Part shown: positions 1 to 10,505 of the stretch, in pieces
Position numbering within the stretch: position 1 is the stretch's first letter
How the letters are laid out: each line of letters begins with the position of its first letter
Translations under genes and position numbers: made by a program
DNA from: Candidatus Parcubacteria bacterium
GTDB lineage: Bacteria; Patescibacteriota; Minisyncoccia; Phycocordibacterales; CAIZLB01
Length of the DNA: 42,811 nt
Assembly (NCBI GenBank): GCA_039795775.1
Contig: JBDKLC010000001.1
Span: forward strand, 1 to 42,811
Reading direction: 5' to 3'
Notes under the pieces: model-generated
Told to the model about the DNA's origin: nothing
Database searches by the model: none
The model's input: the letters and a program-made list of their open reading frames with translations, nothing else

Positions 1-135
1 GTGTCAGCACAACTTGCTTCGTCTCGTCCTCCCAATGGACGTGGCCCGAAGCGGAAAAAGAAAACCGCGGGTAAAGTCCTGCAACCTTACGTTCAACGTA
101 AGCCGGCTCGTCTTCAATTCGCGATGGTGAGCTAG
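1..135 (+). CDS. Probable 3' end of an upstream gene (basic C-terminal tail), product unknown
   Basis: Frame 1 is open from base 1 to TAG at 133-135 (...PKRKKKTAGKVLQPYVQRKPARLQFAMVS*) and is followed by a strong terminator hairpin. Confidence 0.4.
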   Translation: MSAQLASSRPPNGRGPKRKKKTAGKVLQPYVQRKPARLQFAMVS

Positions 136-154
136 ACAACCAACCCGAAACTTC

Positions 155-202
155 AAAGGGCCCGGTCGCACAATCCAATGCGACCGGGCCTTTCCTCTTT
201 TT
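155..202 (+). terminator. Intrinsic terminator
   Basis: GGCCCGGTCGCA-caatccaa-TGCGACCGGGCC stem followed by TTTCCTCTTTTT. Confidence 0.8.
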
Positions 203-323
203 ATACATAAATATCGCGGGTACGTCTTTTTTTGTTTATGTCCCTCACCTGTTGTACAAATGGCTACAATATTCATTTTTAGACCATAAAGTGCTACTAT
301 GAAAGCGCCTATTATATAGACAT

Positions 324-3300
324 ATGACCAATACAGACGCACAGCCAGTAGGGGAACCGATTTCACCAGCCGCAGAGCGAGAGCATCGAGTTCTTGAATA
401 TTGGAAAACAAATAACATTTTCAAACAGACACTTGAGAAAGATGCCCCTCAAGGTAATTTTGTATTTTTCGATGGACCTCCATACGCGACAGGTCTTCCA
501 CACTACGGTCATATTCTTCCTACTACAATCAAAGATATTATTCCTCGATACAAAACTATGCGAGGTTTTCGAGTACCACGACGATGGGGATGGGATTGTC
601 ACGGTCTTCCAATTGAAAACCTTGTAGAAAAAGAACTCGGACTTCAAGGAAAAAAACAAATTGAAGAACTTGGTATTGATAAGTTCAACAAAGCAGCTCG
701 AGACAGCGTTCTTCGATATGCAGATGAATGGAAAGAAATTATTCCACGACTTGGCCGATGGATTGATATGGATAATGACTACCGATCTATGGATGCTTCA
801 TTCATGGAATCAGTGATGTGGTCATTCAAAGAACTCTACAAAAAAGGATTGGTGTACGAGGGATACAAGGTAATGCCATATTGTCCTCGATGTCAGACAG
901 TGCTTTCAAACTCAGAAGTAAGTCAGGGATACAAAGACATCACTGATATTTCTGCATATGTAAAATTTGAAGTAATGACCGGTGGAGATACTGCGACAGA
1001 CTCTGAGTCATCTACAAAGACATTCTTGCTTGCTTGGACAACAACGCCATGGACTCTTCCTGGTAACGTTGCACTCGCTGTAAACGCAGAAGTCGTGTAT
1101 GTAAAAATTGCTGTAAAAAAAGAAGATCTCAGTGTCGAACAGTACATCCTCGCGAAAGAACGACTTTCAATTGTAAAAACAGAATACACTGTACTCGAAG
1201 AAATGACAGGACTCCAACTTGCGGGTCTTTCATACAAACCTGTGTTCGGATATTTTGAACTAAGGGGAACCCTCATCGGCGATCACGAAAACAACCGAGA
1301 CAATGCATGGAAAGTATATACAGCTCCATTCGTCACAGCTACAGATGGTACAGGTATCGTGCATATTGCTCCTGCCTTTGGAGAAGATGACATGAATCTT
1401 GCTCGAGAAGTAAACCTTCCCGTTATTCATCACGTGGGTCACGACGGAAATCTTAAACACGAGACTGTGCATTTTTCTGGTATGCAGGCAAAGCCAAAGG
1501 GTGACCATCAAAAGACAGACATCGAAGTGATCAAAGAACTCGCTCTTCGAAATGCGCTCTATGGAAAAGAAAAGTTTATTCACTCATACCCACACTGTTG
1601 GCGATGTGATACTCCACTTCTCAACTTTGCGACATCATCATGGTTTATCAAAGTTACATCTCTCAAGGATACACTCGTTGAACAAAACAACACTGTAAAT
1701 TGGGTGCCAAAAGAAATTGGTGAAGGACGATTTGGAAAGTGGCTTGAAAGTGCTCGAGACTGGGCTGTATCACGAAGTCGATATTGGGGAGCACCTCTTC
1801 CTATTTGGCGATCAGACAAGGGTACTATCGAACTCATCGGTTCTGTTGCTGAACTCAAAGAAAAAATTTCAAACAACGGCAACAATATTATATTGATGCG
1901 CCATGGTGAATCAGAAGCAAACGTAAAAGGCATCATCAACTCTCATGATACGAACATCTGCGGTCTTACTGAAAAAGGAAAGCAAGAAGTACGAGCAAGT
2001 GTTGAAGAACTTAAAGCAAAAGGTGTTACTACTATCTACGCATCTGATTTTCTACGAACAAAAGAGACAGCCGAGATTGTTGCTGAAACTCTTGGTATTC
2101 CTGCCTCAAAGATTATCTACGACCGACGACTTCATGAAATTGACGCCGGAGATTTTGATGGTGGCTCATGGGGAGAACGAACAGCGTATCTCTTAAATAA
2201 AGAAAACAAACTTTGGCAGAAAGTTCCAAACGGCGAATCTGTTGCCGATGTAAAAAAGCGAGTGACAGAATTTTTGTATGACATTGAAGCAAAACATCAG
2301 AACGAAGATGTTCTTGTGGTGACTCACGGTCTACCAATCCGTCTTGCTATGCAAGCTGCAGAAGGAAAGACTCTCCGAGATATGCAGAAACATAACTGGC
2401 AAGATGTACCAGATCCACAAGTTGGAACTGCATCTCTTCACCCTATAGATTTCAAACCTCTTCCACACAACGAAGAATTTGAACTCGACCTCCACCGACC
2501 GTATATCGACAGTGTAACTTGGGAAAATGAACACGGCGAAACAATGCGACGAGTACCTGAAGTATTCGACGTATGGTACGACTCTGGAGCTATGTCATTC
2601 TCACAGCAGCATTACCCATTCGAAAACACTGAAGCATTTTTGAAAGAAGGAAGTTCACAATTTCCGGCTGACTTTATTGCAGAAGGTCTCGACCAGACAC
2701 GAGGTTGGTTCTATCACATGCTTGTCACATGTGTTGGTCTCTTTGGAAAAACTCCATTTAAAAATGTGGTAGTAAACGGTTTGATCCTTGCTGAAGATGG
2801 AAGAAAGATGTCGAAGAGTCTCAAGAACTATCCTGACCTCATGCCGACAGTAGAGAAGTACGGTGCCGACTCTCTCCGATATTATCTCGCAGCGTCGCCT
2901 GCTGTACACGCTGAAGAAGTACTTTTCTCAGAAAAGGCTCTTGATGAAGTAAATAAGAAATTGTTTAACCGACTCGGTAACGTACATACATTCTATGAGA
3001 CATATGCAGGAGGTGTGGAGGGTGAAGCTGCGAATGTTGCTTCATTTGAACGACCACAAAGTACAAACATGCTCGACCAATGGATTCTTTCAAGACTCGA
3101 CGAAGTTGTAACTGCTACAACAGCTTCTTTGGAAAAATATGAAATCGACAGAGCGGCACGACCACTCATGAGTTTTGTTGATGACCTTTCTACATGGTAT
3201 CTCCGACGATCTCGAGATCGATACAAGGGTGATGATGCTGTCGATAAGAAACAAGCAATTGATACAACTGCGTATTCACTGTACGTATTGTCTCTGGTAA

Positions 3301-3932
3301 TGGCTCCATTTACTCCATTCTATGCGGAAGATTTGTATATGAAGCTTACAAAGGGTAAGAAGCTTGCCAGTGTGCACCTCGAATCTTGGCCAACTGCACT
3401 CGGTGTAGATGTAGAAGTAATCTCAAAGATGGAAGCTGTACGAAAGATAGTAGAATCAGCGCTCGCTGACCGATCAAAGAAAGGAATCAAAGTACGACAA
3501 CCAATTTCAAAAGTGATTGTTACAAATTATGAAACAACATTCGACGCATATCCTCAGGCTGCAGAACTCATCAAAGATGAAGTAAACGCAAAAGCTGTTG
3601 AATGGATTGTTGATGCATCAAATGCTGAGTTAAAAAATTCAGTACAAATTGATGAGAATCTCACACCAGAGCTCATCGAAGAAGGGAAGTTCCGAGAATT
3701 TACTCGAGCTATCCAAGACCTCCGAAAGACAGAAGGCCTCGAGCCATCTGATGCTATTTGGTTGCTTGTAAGTTCTGACGAAAAAGGAAAAGCTTTTGTT
3801 GGAGCGTTCGAAAAAGAAATTTCAAAGGCTGTGCTTGCTACGAAGATCACTACTGGTCCTGTTGGAGACGATGCACAAAATATCAAAATTGAAGACCTCG
3901 AGTTCAACGTTGTTATTTCACGACAGAGCTAG
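324..3932 (+). CDS. ileS: Isoleucyl-tRNA synthetase (IleRS2 type) with an inserted histidine phosphatase domain
   Basis: DGPPYATGLPHYGH (HIGH-like), WGWDCHGLP, WTTTPWTLP, GTGIVHIAPAFGEDD (editing domain), DWAVSRSRYWG, KMSKS; insert carries RHGES...VVTHG. Confidence 0.97.
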   Translation: MTNTDAQPVGEPISPAAEREHRVLEYWKTNNIFKQTLEKDAPQGNFVFFDGPPYATGLPHYGHILPTTIKDIIPRYKTMRGFRVPRRWGWDCHGLPIENLVEKELGLQGKKQIEELGIDKFNKAARDSVLRYADEWKEIIPRLGRWIDMDNDYRSMDASFMESVMWSFKELYKKGLVYEGYKVMPYCPRCQTVLSNSEVSQGYKDITDISAYVKFEVMTGGDTATDSESSTKTFLLAWTTTPWTLPGNVALAVNAEVVYVKIAVKKEDLSVEQYILAKERLSIVKTEYTVLEEMTGLQLAGLSYKPVFGYFELRGTLIGDHENNRDNAWKVYTAPFVTATDGTGIVHIAPAFGEDDMNLAREVNLPVIHHVGHDGNLKHETVHFSGMQAKPKGDHQKTDIEVIKELALRNALYGKEKFIHSYPHCWRCDTPLLNFATSSWFIKVTSLKDTLVEQNNTVNWVPKEIGEGRFGKWLESARDWAVSRSRYWGAPLPIWRSDKGTIELIGSVAELKEKISNNGNNIILMRHGESEANVKGIINSHDTNICGLTEKGKQEVRASVEELKAKGVTTIYASDFLRTKETAEIVAETLGIPASKIIYDRRLHEIDAGDFDGGSWGERTAYLLNKENKLWQKVPNGESVADVKKRVTEFLYDIEAKHQNEDVLVVTHGLPIRLAMQAAEGKTLRDMQKHNWQDVPDPQVGTASLHPIDFKPLPHNEEFELDLHRPYIDSVTWENEHGETMRRVPEVFDVWYDSGAMSFSQQHYPFENTEAFLKEGSSQFPADFIAEGLDQTRGWFYHMLVTCVGLFGKTPFKNVVVNGLILAEDGRKMSKSLKNYPDLMPTVEKYGADSLRYYLAASPAVHAEEVLFSEKALDEVNKKLFNRLGNVHTFYETYAGGVEGEAANVASFERPQSTNMLDQWILSRLDEVVTATTASLEKYEIDRAARPLMSFVDDLSTWYLRRSRDRYKGDDAVDKKQAIDTTAYSLYVLSLVMAPFTPFYAEDLYMKLTKGKKLASVHLESWPTALGVDVEVISKMEAVRKIVESALADRSKKGIKVRQPISKVIVTNYETTFDAYPQAAELIKDEVNAKAVEWIVDASNAELKNSVQIDENLTPELIEEGKFREFTRAIQDLRKTEGLEPSDAIWLLVSSDEKGKAFVGAFEKEISKAVLATKITTGPVGDDAQNIKIEDLEFNVVISRQS

Positions 3933-3946
3933 TCTGCGAAAGACAT

Positions 3947-4549
3947 ATGTCACACCATATCTATCAAACTGAAGGGTTCATCATCGAAGCCGTAGATGTT
4001 GGCGAGGCAAATAAGCTCTATACTCTTTTTACAAAAGACCTCGGACTGATACGAGCATCTGCCCAAGGTGTTAGATTTCTCAAATCGAAGTTGCGCTACT
4101 CGCTTCAAGAACTTTCGTTCTCGAGCATTGCGGTCGTGCGAGGAAAAGAAATGTGGCGTATCACCAGTGCTCGAAAACTTATTTCTCTTTTTGATAAGAG
4201 ATTGCCTATGCCTGTGCGAAAAATGTTGGCAAAAGTGCTTATGTTCACAAAACGTATGATGCCTGAAGAAGGGAAGAATGAAGAAATCTTCAAAGTCCTC
4301 TCAACTCTCTCTGCTTCTACATTCTCAAATCGTGAACTCTTCCTACAAAATCCACAAGCTGCTGATGCTGCTGAAGTCCTCGCTCATCTTTATATACTCA
4401 AAGTTCTAGGTTATGGTACAGCACGAAATGAACTCACAGAATTTTTAAAAGAAATATCTTTTTCTACAGAAGTTCTTGAAAAATTTTTGCCTCATATCAA
4501 TCTCGGTAGGGTAGAAATAGATAAGTCACTTGAAGAAAGTCATTTGTAG
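3947..4549 (+). CDS. recO: DNA repair protein RecO (N-terminal OB-fold type)
   Basis: GEANKLYTLFTKDLGLIRASAQGVR...KSKLRYSLQ matches the RecO N-terminal domain. Confidence 0.85.
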   Translation: MSHHIYQTEGFIIEAVDVGEANKLYTLFTKDLGLIRASAQGVRFLKSKLRYSLQELSFSSIAVVRGKEMWRITSARKLISLFDKRLPMPVRKMLAKVLMFTKRMMPEEGKNEEIFKVLSTLSASTFSNRELFLQNPQAADAAEVLAHLYILKVLGYGTARNELTEFLKEISFSTEVLEKFLPHINLGRVEIDKSLEESHL

Positions 4550-4585
4550 AACGGCTGATGCTTTTTGTTGTGATATAATTTCGTC

Positions 4586-6526
4586 ATGTCATTAGATGAT
4601 AGCAAGATAGAACAACTTAAAAAGAGATTGTATTCAAATACTGATAACCTCCCTCCACCTCATCGAGGAAAACTTCATCCTCATGCTCCTCTCGTAAACA
4701 GTTCTTGGGATGCTGCACCAGAAGATACAAACCATACTTTCAAAGTAGAAGATACTGAGAGATCGTATAAGGGATTTTCACCTAAATTCATTAAGCCACT
4801 CCTTGGAATAGCGGCTCTCGTGCTTGTCGCCGCTATTGGTATAGCAGCATATATTTTCATAAACGGGGGCAACTTCATTTCTCCGGACAATATTGATATC
4901 AAAATGCTCGGCCCTGTTGCTACACCTGCAGGTGAAGAGCTTTCTCTCGACATTGATATTACAAATCAGAACAACACCAACATGGTGCTTACTGATCTTA
5001 TTCTGACGTATCCAGAAGGAACACGACAAGCGGGCGATAGAGTAACGTCGATGGTAAGCGCTCGTGTTCCAATTGGAACTATCAAAGCAAAAGAAACTGT
5101 ACGAAAGACGGTCAAATCTATTCTCTTTGGAGAAGAAAACGTTCGAAAGAATATTCGTGTAACTATTGAGTATCGAGTACCAGATTCAGACACTATTTTC
5201 GTAAAAGAAAAAGATTTCCCGATCTTTATCGGTTCATCTCCGATTACGTTGAACGTTGATGCACTTAAAGAAATCACAGCAAATCAAGATGCTACATTTT
5301 CAATCAATGTAGTATCAAACTCAGCATCTGTTGTGAAAGGTGTCGTTCTCAAGGCTGACTACCCATTTGGATTTCAGTACCAGAGTTCTGATTTGCAGCC
5401 AATAGCAGGCAATAATGTATGGAACCTTGGCGATATTGCACCAGGAGCGACTCGAAAGATTGTCGTAAAAGGAAAGATTGTAGGAGAAAATGATGAAGAT
5501 CGAGTATTTAGATTCTATGCTGGAACTGAAAATACAAGAGATCAGTCTGATATTGGTACTATTTTCGTTAATACATCAGCTAGTGTTGCTGTGCGTAAGC
5601 CATTCTTGGGGGCAGATATATCACTTGATGGAGCTGGCACTTCTGTGTTTGTTGGTACCGCTGGAAATCCTGTGAAAGGTGAAATCACATGGCAAAATAA
5701 TCTTGATGTGCCAATCAACGACATTGTTATTGAGGCAAAAGTTACAGGTGATATGCTCGACAAATCATCAGTAGAAGGAGATCGTGGTTTCTATCGATCA
5801 CTCGACAGTACTATTTTGTGGGACAAGACAACTCTAGAAGATCTTAAAGAAATTGCTCCAGGCCAGGTAGGACGAGTACAGTTTAGTCTTGCTTCTCTAT
5901 ATCCATCACAACAAGTAAATTCTAATTTCCGACGACCATCACTATATTTTGATCTTACAATCAAGGGTAAGCGACTCAATGAAGACAATGTGCCACAAGA
6001 AATTAAATCATCTGTCTCACGAGAAATTAAGATTGCGTCAGGCCTAACATTGAATTCAATTTTGGTACGAAGTATTGGTCCATTCAACAACACGGGTCCT
6101 CTTCCTCCAAAAGCGGATAAAGAAACTACCTATACAGTTATGGTAAGTGTGTTGAATTCATTTAATACAGCAAAAGGTGTTGTATATACAGCCACACTCC
6201 CAGCGTATGTAAAATGGCTCGGAAAAGTATATCCAGAAGATTCAGCTGTTACATACAACGCAGACAAACGTGAAATTACAGTTTCACTTGGTGATATCGG
6301 TCCTGGAGTAGGATACACATCAACTGCAAAGCAGTTTGGTTTCCAAGTTGTATTCCAACCAAGTATCAGCCAGATAGGCACAAGTCCTGTGGTTATCAAT
6401 GCTCAACGAATTGCAGGTAAGGACTCATATGCAGATGTTATCGTAGAAAGTACAGTCGGCCCACGAGACATCAAGATCGAAGAAGACCCAGAATATAAGT
6501 ATGGTCAGGATAAAGTCGCTCAATAA
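4586..6526 (+). CDS. Single-TM-anchored extracellular protein with repeated Ig-like/DUF11-like beta domains
   Basis: One hydrophobic helix at about aa 72-92, then a beta-rich ectodomain with repeated 'WNLGDIAPG', 'LKEIAPG', 'LGDIGPG' motifs. Confidence 0.75.
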   Translation: MSLDDSKIEQLKKRLYSNTDNLPPPHRGKLHPHAPLVNSSWDAAPEDTNHTFKVEDTERSYKGFSPKFIKPLLGIAALVLVAAIGIAAYIFINGGNFISPDNIDIKMLGPVATPAGEELSLDIDITNQNNTNMVLTDLILTYPEGTRQAGDRVTSMVSARVPIGTIKAKETVRKTVKSILFGEENVRKNIRVTIEYRVPDSDTIFVKEKDFPIFIGSSPITLNVDALKEITANQDATFSINVVSNSASVVKGVVLKADYPFGFQYQSSDLQPIAGNNVWNLGDIAPGATRKIVVKGKIVGENDEDRVFRFYAGTENTRDQSDIGTIFVNTSASVAVRKPFLGADISLDGAGTSVFVGTAGNPVKGEITWQNNLDVPINDIVIEAKVTGDMLDKSSVEGDRGFYRSLDSTILWDKTTLEDLKEIAPGQVGRVQFSLASLYPSQQVNSNFRRPSLYFDLTIKGKRLNEDNVPQEIKSSVSREIKIASGLTLNSILVRSIGPFNNTGPLPPKADKETTYTVMVSVLNSFNTAKGVVYTATLPAYVKWLGKVYPEDSAVTYNADKREITVSLGDIGPGVGYTSTAKQFGFQVVFQPSISQIGTSPVVINAQRIAGKDSYADVIVESTVGPRDIKIEEDPEYKYGQDKVAQ

Positions 6527-6620
6527 ATATATAGAGTTTCTCCTACGCATCCTGCCTGCTGGCAGGTGCTCTGCTCGGCCTCGACGGCCTGCGCAAGAGT
6601 CGAAACTCTATATATTTATT
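6522..6620. repeat. Palindromic element with 19-bp perfect terminal inverted repeats (REP/MITE-like)
   Basis: AATAAATATATAGAGTTTC (6522-6540) / GAAACTCTATATATTTATT (6602-6620) enclose two GC-rich internal hairpins. Confidence 0.7.
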
Positions 6621-6676
6621 TCGCGTGGGAGTTAGAGTTGAAAAAAATGGCCTAAAGTCGTATAGTTAGCGTCATC

Positions 6677-8101
6677 ATGTCAAACGATACACCACAGCAG
6701 CCAAAGAATACTGCTTCTAGTATGGAAAACATCATTTCTCTCGCTAAACGACGAGGCTTTATTTATCAGGGTTCAGAAGTATACGGCGGTCTCGCTGGTA
6801 CTTGGGATTACGGACCTCTCGGTGTATCTCTCAAAAATAACGTAAAAAATCTCTGGTGGAAACGATTCGTAGAAAACCGAACAGATATGTACGGTGTAGA
6901 TGCAGCTATTCTTATGCATCAGAATGTGTGGAAAGCATCTGGTCACGTGGCAGGTTTTGCTGATCCTCTTGTAGAAGATTTGAAAACAAAAAAACGATAT
7001 CGAGCAGATCATCTCCTTGAAGATGCTGGTATTGATACAAAGGGTCTCAAACTCGACGACATGAACGCTCTTATAAAAGAGAAGGGCATCAAGAGTCCAG
7101 AAGGAAATGCACTCGGAGATGTACGACAGTTCAACATGATGTTCAAAACAAATGTGGGTGCTATTGAAGATGACACATCTATTTCATACCTTCGGCCAGA
7201 AACTGCACAGGGTATGTTTGTGAATTTCAAAAATGTTCTCGATACATTCCATCCAAAGCTTCCATTTGGTATGGCCCAGATTGGTAAAGCATTCCGAAAC
7301 GAAATTGCTCCACGAGACTTTATTTTCCGAACTCGAGAATTCGAACAGATGGAAATTGAATACTTTGTGAATCCTGAAAACTGGCAAGAAGTATTTGAAG
7401 AATTTAGAAAAGAAGTGTGGGAATATACAAAAGATGTTGGTCTCGCACAGGGAAGTGTACATGAGCTCGAAGTAGGTGATGGTGATCGAGCACATTATTC
7501 TAAGCGAACAATCGATTTCGAATTCGATTATCCATTTGGTAAAAAAGAACTCTACGGTCTCGCGTATCGAACAGACTACGACCTCAAAGCGCACACTGAT
7601 TCAAGTACTGTAGATTTGAGTTACTTTGACGAAGAGAAAAAACAGCGATTCATTCCACATTGTATCGAACCATCGTTCGGTGTTGATCGAACAGTACTTG
7701 CAGTACTCGCAAATGCATATGCTGAAGACGAACTCGGAGGTGAAAAGCGAACATTCCTCAAATTTAACAAAAACGTAGCACCTATTCTCGTGGCGGTATT
7801 TCCACTCCTCAAGAACAAACCTGAGCTCGTTGCAAAGGCAAAAGAAGTATGGACAAGTCTTCGAACAGAAGCTGGCGCTCGAGGTATTGCACTCGGACGA
7901 ATCTCATTCGATGACAACGGTAACATTGGTAAACGATACCGACGACAAGATGAAATCGGTACACCATTTTGTGTGACTGTAGACTTCGATACACTCGGTG
8001 AAAGTGGTGACGAGAAGAAAGATACTGTTACTCTTCGAGACCGAGATACAGGTGAACAAAAACGAGTTCATATTTCTGAACTTGCTGTGAATATTTTCTA
8101 A
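6677..8101 (+). CDS. glyS: Glycine--tRNA ligase, alpha2 (eukaryote/archaea-like) type
   Basis: DYGPLG, YLRPETAQG, GKAFRNEI, FRTREFEQME, IEPSFGVDR, IGKRYRRQDEIGTPF. Confidence 0.96.
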   Translation: MSNDTPQQPKNTASSMENIISLAKRRGFIYQGSEVYGGLAGTWDYGPLGVSLKNNVKNLWWKRFVENRTDMYGVDAAILMHQNVWKASGHVAGFADPLVEDLKTKKRYRADHLLEDAGIDTKGLKLDDMNALIKEKGIKSPEGNALGDVRQFNMMFKTNVGAIEDDTSISYLRPETAQGMFVNFKNVLDTFHPKLPFGMAQIGKAFRNEIAPRDFIFRTREFEQMEIEYFVNPENWQEVFEEFRKEVWEYTKDVGLAQGSVHELEVGDGDRAHYSKRTIDFEFDYPFGKKELYGLAYRTDYDLKAHTDSSTVDLSYFDEEKKQRFIPHCIEPSFGVDRTVLAVLANAYAEDELGGEKRTFLKFNKNVAPILVAVFPLLKNKPELVAKAKEVWTSLRTEAGARGIALGRISFDDNGNIGKRYRRQDEIGTPFCVTVDFDTLGESGDEKKDTVTLRDRDTGEQKRVHISELAVNIF

Positions 8102-9369
8102 TGAAACTCAATAAAACAACACTCAAAAATGGCCTACGGATTCTCAGTATTCCGATGCCTCATGTACAGACTATTACAGTAATGGTGCTTGTTGGTACTG
8201 GTTCAGAATATGAATCAAAGCGAGAAAACGGCCTCGCACATTTTCTCGAGCACATGTGCTTCAAGGGGACAGTAAAGCGCCCAACAGCTCATGATATTAC
8301 CTATGAGCTTGATAGTATTGGTGCTGATTACAACGCATTTACTGGCGGGACTTACACTGGATACTACGCGAAATCACACAAGAAAAATGCGTTCAAGATT
8401 CTCGATATCATTTCTGACATATATTTAAATTCAACATTTCCTCAACAAGAACTGAAGAAAGAACAAAGTGTTATTGTTCAAGAAATAAATATGAAGCAGG
8501 ATAATCCTCGATCAATAGCGAGTGATCTTATTGATGAACTTATCTTTGGTGATACTCCTCCAGGTAGAACAATCATTGGAACAAAGAAGACAGTACAGTC
8601 ATTTACACGAAATGACCTTTTGAATTATCACAAAAAGTTTTATGTGCCAGGCGCTACGCTTGTGATTGTTTCAGGTGCAGTACCAAAAGACATGACGTCA
8701 GAAATCTCTACAATATTTTCAAGAATGAAAAAAGCGCCTGTTGTAAAAAAAGAAAAAGTTGTGCCTGAACAAACAGTGCCCGCTCTCAAGATTCGATATA
8801 AAGACACAAATCAAACTCAACTCATCCTCGCGTTTACAACAAAGATGGATATGTTTGATAAAAAAGTTCCAGAATCAAAAACACTTTCGACAGTGCTTGG
8901 TGGGGGAATGAGTTCTCGACTCTTCACAAAGATTCGTGAAGAGATGGGACTTTGTTATGGCATTAGTACTGCTATGCATGTTGGGTCAGATGGTGGAATG
9001 TTTGTAGTTCGAGCCGCTGTAGGTCATGACAAAGTTGAAGAAGCAGTAAAAGCTATTCTTGAAGAGCTTCGAAAGGTTCGAGATGAAGGCATTTCTGAAA
9101 AAGAATTACGAAAAGTAAAAGACTACCGACTCTCTGGCTTGGTACTCGGTCTCGAAACATCAGAGGATTATGCAGAATACTATGGTTTCCAAGAGCTTTC
9201 TAAGAAGAAAGTAAATACACCGGAAGAAGCAGCCGTACTTATTGAAAAGGTTACTGCCGCACAAGTGCAGTCTATTGCCAAAAACATCTTCAAAAATGAA
9301 GTTCTCAACTTAGCAATTGTCGGTCCACACAAGAGTCCAAAGTCTCTCAAGTCTATTCTCAAGATATAA
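8101..9369 (+). CDS. M16 family zinc peptidase
   Basis: Inverted zinc motif HFLEH, YNAFT, GGGMSSRLF..IREE.GLCY. Confidence 0.93.
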   Translation: MKLNKTTLKNGLRILSIPMPHVQTITVMVLVGTGSEYESKRENGLAHFLEHMCFKGTVKRPTAHDITYELDSIGADYNAFTGGTYTGYYAKSHKKNAFKILDIISDIYLNSTFPQQELKKEQSVIVQEINMKQDNPRSIASDLIDELIFGDTPPGRTIIGTKKTVQSFTRNDLLNYHKKFYVPGATLVIVSGAVPKDMTSEISTIFSRMKKAPVVKKEKVVPEQTVPALKIRYKDTNQTQLILAFTTKMDMFDKKVPESKTLSTVLGGGMSSRLFTKIREEMGLCYGISTAMHVGSDGGMFVVRAAVGHDKVEEAVKAILEELRKVRDEGISEKELRKVKDYRLSGLVLGLETSEDYAEYYGFQELSKKKVNTPEEAAVLIEKVTAAQVQSIAKNIFKNEVLNLAIVGPHKSPKSLKSILKI

Positions 9370-9413
9370 GGGCATGTCTAGCCATTCCTATAGAGGAGTG
9401 GTATTCTAGGCCT

Positions 9414-10481
9414 ATGGGTGATAAGCATTTATCTATTACTATCAGTACTGGGACGCTCGTAAAGATTGCGCTTTTTATACTTGCTACATTTTTCCTCGTT
9501 AAACTCACTGGTCTTGTGCTTGTTGTGCTTACCGCTGTAGTTATTGCTTCAGTTATTGAGCCTGGCACCGTATGGTTTGTAAAAAGAAAAGTACCTCGAG
9601 TACTCGCAGCCATACTTATGTATGTGCTCATTGCTTCGTCTATCATTTCAGTATTTACCTTTGTCCTCCCACCACTATTTGGTGAAACAGTGGCCGCACT
9701 CAACAACCTTCCTAAGAATATTAAGACGATCGACATCCTTACACCGATTCACAAAGATACGTTTCTCAGTGTAAAAGCGTTGTTTCCAAGTTTGCCAAAC
9801 ACTATTTCTGTAGGTGACTTGGTAAGTAGTATCACAGGCACGGTTTCTACATTCTCAGGAGGCATATTTGATACCGTTGCCGGATTCTTCGGTGGTATCG
9901 TTAGTTTCATACTTGTCGTCGTTATTTCTTTTTACCTGTCTGTGCGCGAAGACGGCGTCGGTGAGTTCTTAGCTATAGTCACGCCTATAGAATATGAAAA
10001 ATATATTCGAGGCCTCTGGAAACGATCACAAAACAAGATCGGTAAATGGATGCAAGGTCAGCTTCTTCTTGCTGTAGTGGTGGGAGTAATGACGTATGTC
10101 AGTCTGCTCATCATTGGCGTTAGTCATCCGCTGCTTCTTGCATTCCTCGCCGGTATATTTGAACTCATTCCGGTTATTGGTCTTACGCTTTCAGCAATCC
10201 CTGCATTCTTGATTGCGGTACTCGATAAAGGAATCGGTCTTGGTCTTATCGTTATCGCCGTGTATCTTTTCATCCAGCAGATTGAAGCGCACATCATTTA
10301 TCCTATTGCTGTGAAGAAAATTGTAGGTGTACCACCACTGTTAGTGATTATCTCGCTTGTGGCAGGTGCTGAAATAGCTGGATTTATTGGAGTGCTCTTG
10401 TCTGTACCAATTTCCGTAGCTCTTATGGAATACCTCGACGATGTAGATAAGAGAAAGCGTAGTTTGCCCGATAGAATATAA
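9414..10481 (+). CDS. AI-2E family transporter
   Basis: Multi-TM; W..GQLLLA, ELIPVIG, IQQIEAHIIYP, G..G.LLSVP. Confidence 0.88.
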   Translation: MGDKHLSITISTGTLVKIALFILATFFLVKLTGLVLVVLTAVVIASVIEPGTVWFVKRKVPRVLAAILMYVLIASSIISVFTFVLPPLFGETVAALNNLPKNIKTIDILTPIHKDTFLSVKALFPSLPNTISVGDLVSSITGTVSTFSGGIFDTVAGFFGGIVSFILVVVISFYLSVREDGVGEFLAIVTPIEYEKYIRGLWKRSQNKIGKWMQGQLLLAVVVGVMTYVSLLIIGVSHPLLLAFLAGIFELIPVIGLTLSAIPAFLIAVLDKGIGLGLIVIAVYLFIQQIEAHIIYPIAVKKIVGVPPLLVIISLVAGAEIAGFIGVLLSVPISVALMEYLDDVDKRKRSLPDRI

Positions 10482-10505
10482 AGTAACCCAACCTCAAAGA
10501 TATTT

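Noticed and set aside
136-323. Possible T-box riboswitch upstream of ileS
   Set aside because: No T-box AGGGTGGNACCGCG motif or Stem I; the hairpin is better explained as the upstream gene's terminator
4-411. Minus-strand 135-aa ORF and other short shadow ORFs antisense to or overlapping housekeeping genes
   Set aside because: They overlap well-supported genes or terminators and show no recognisable motifs
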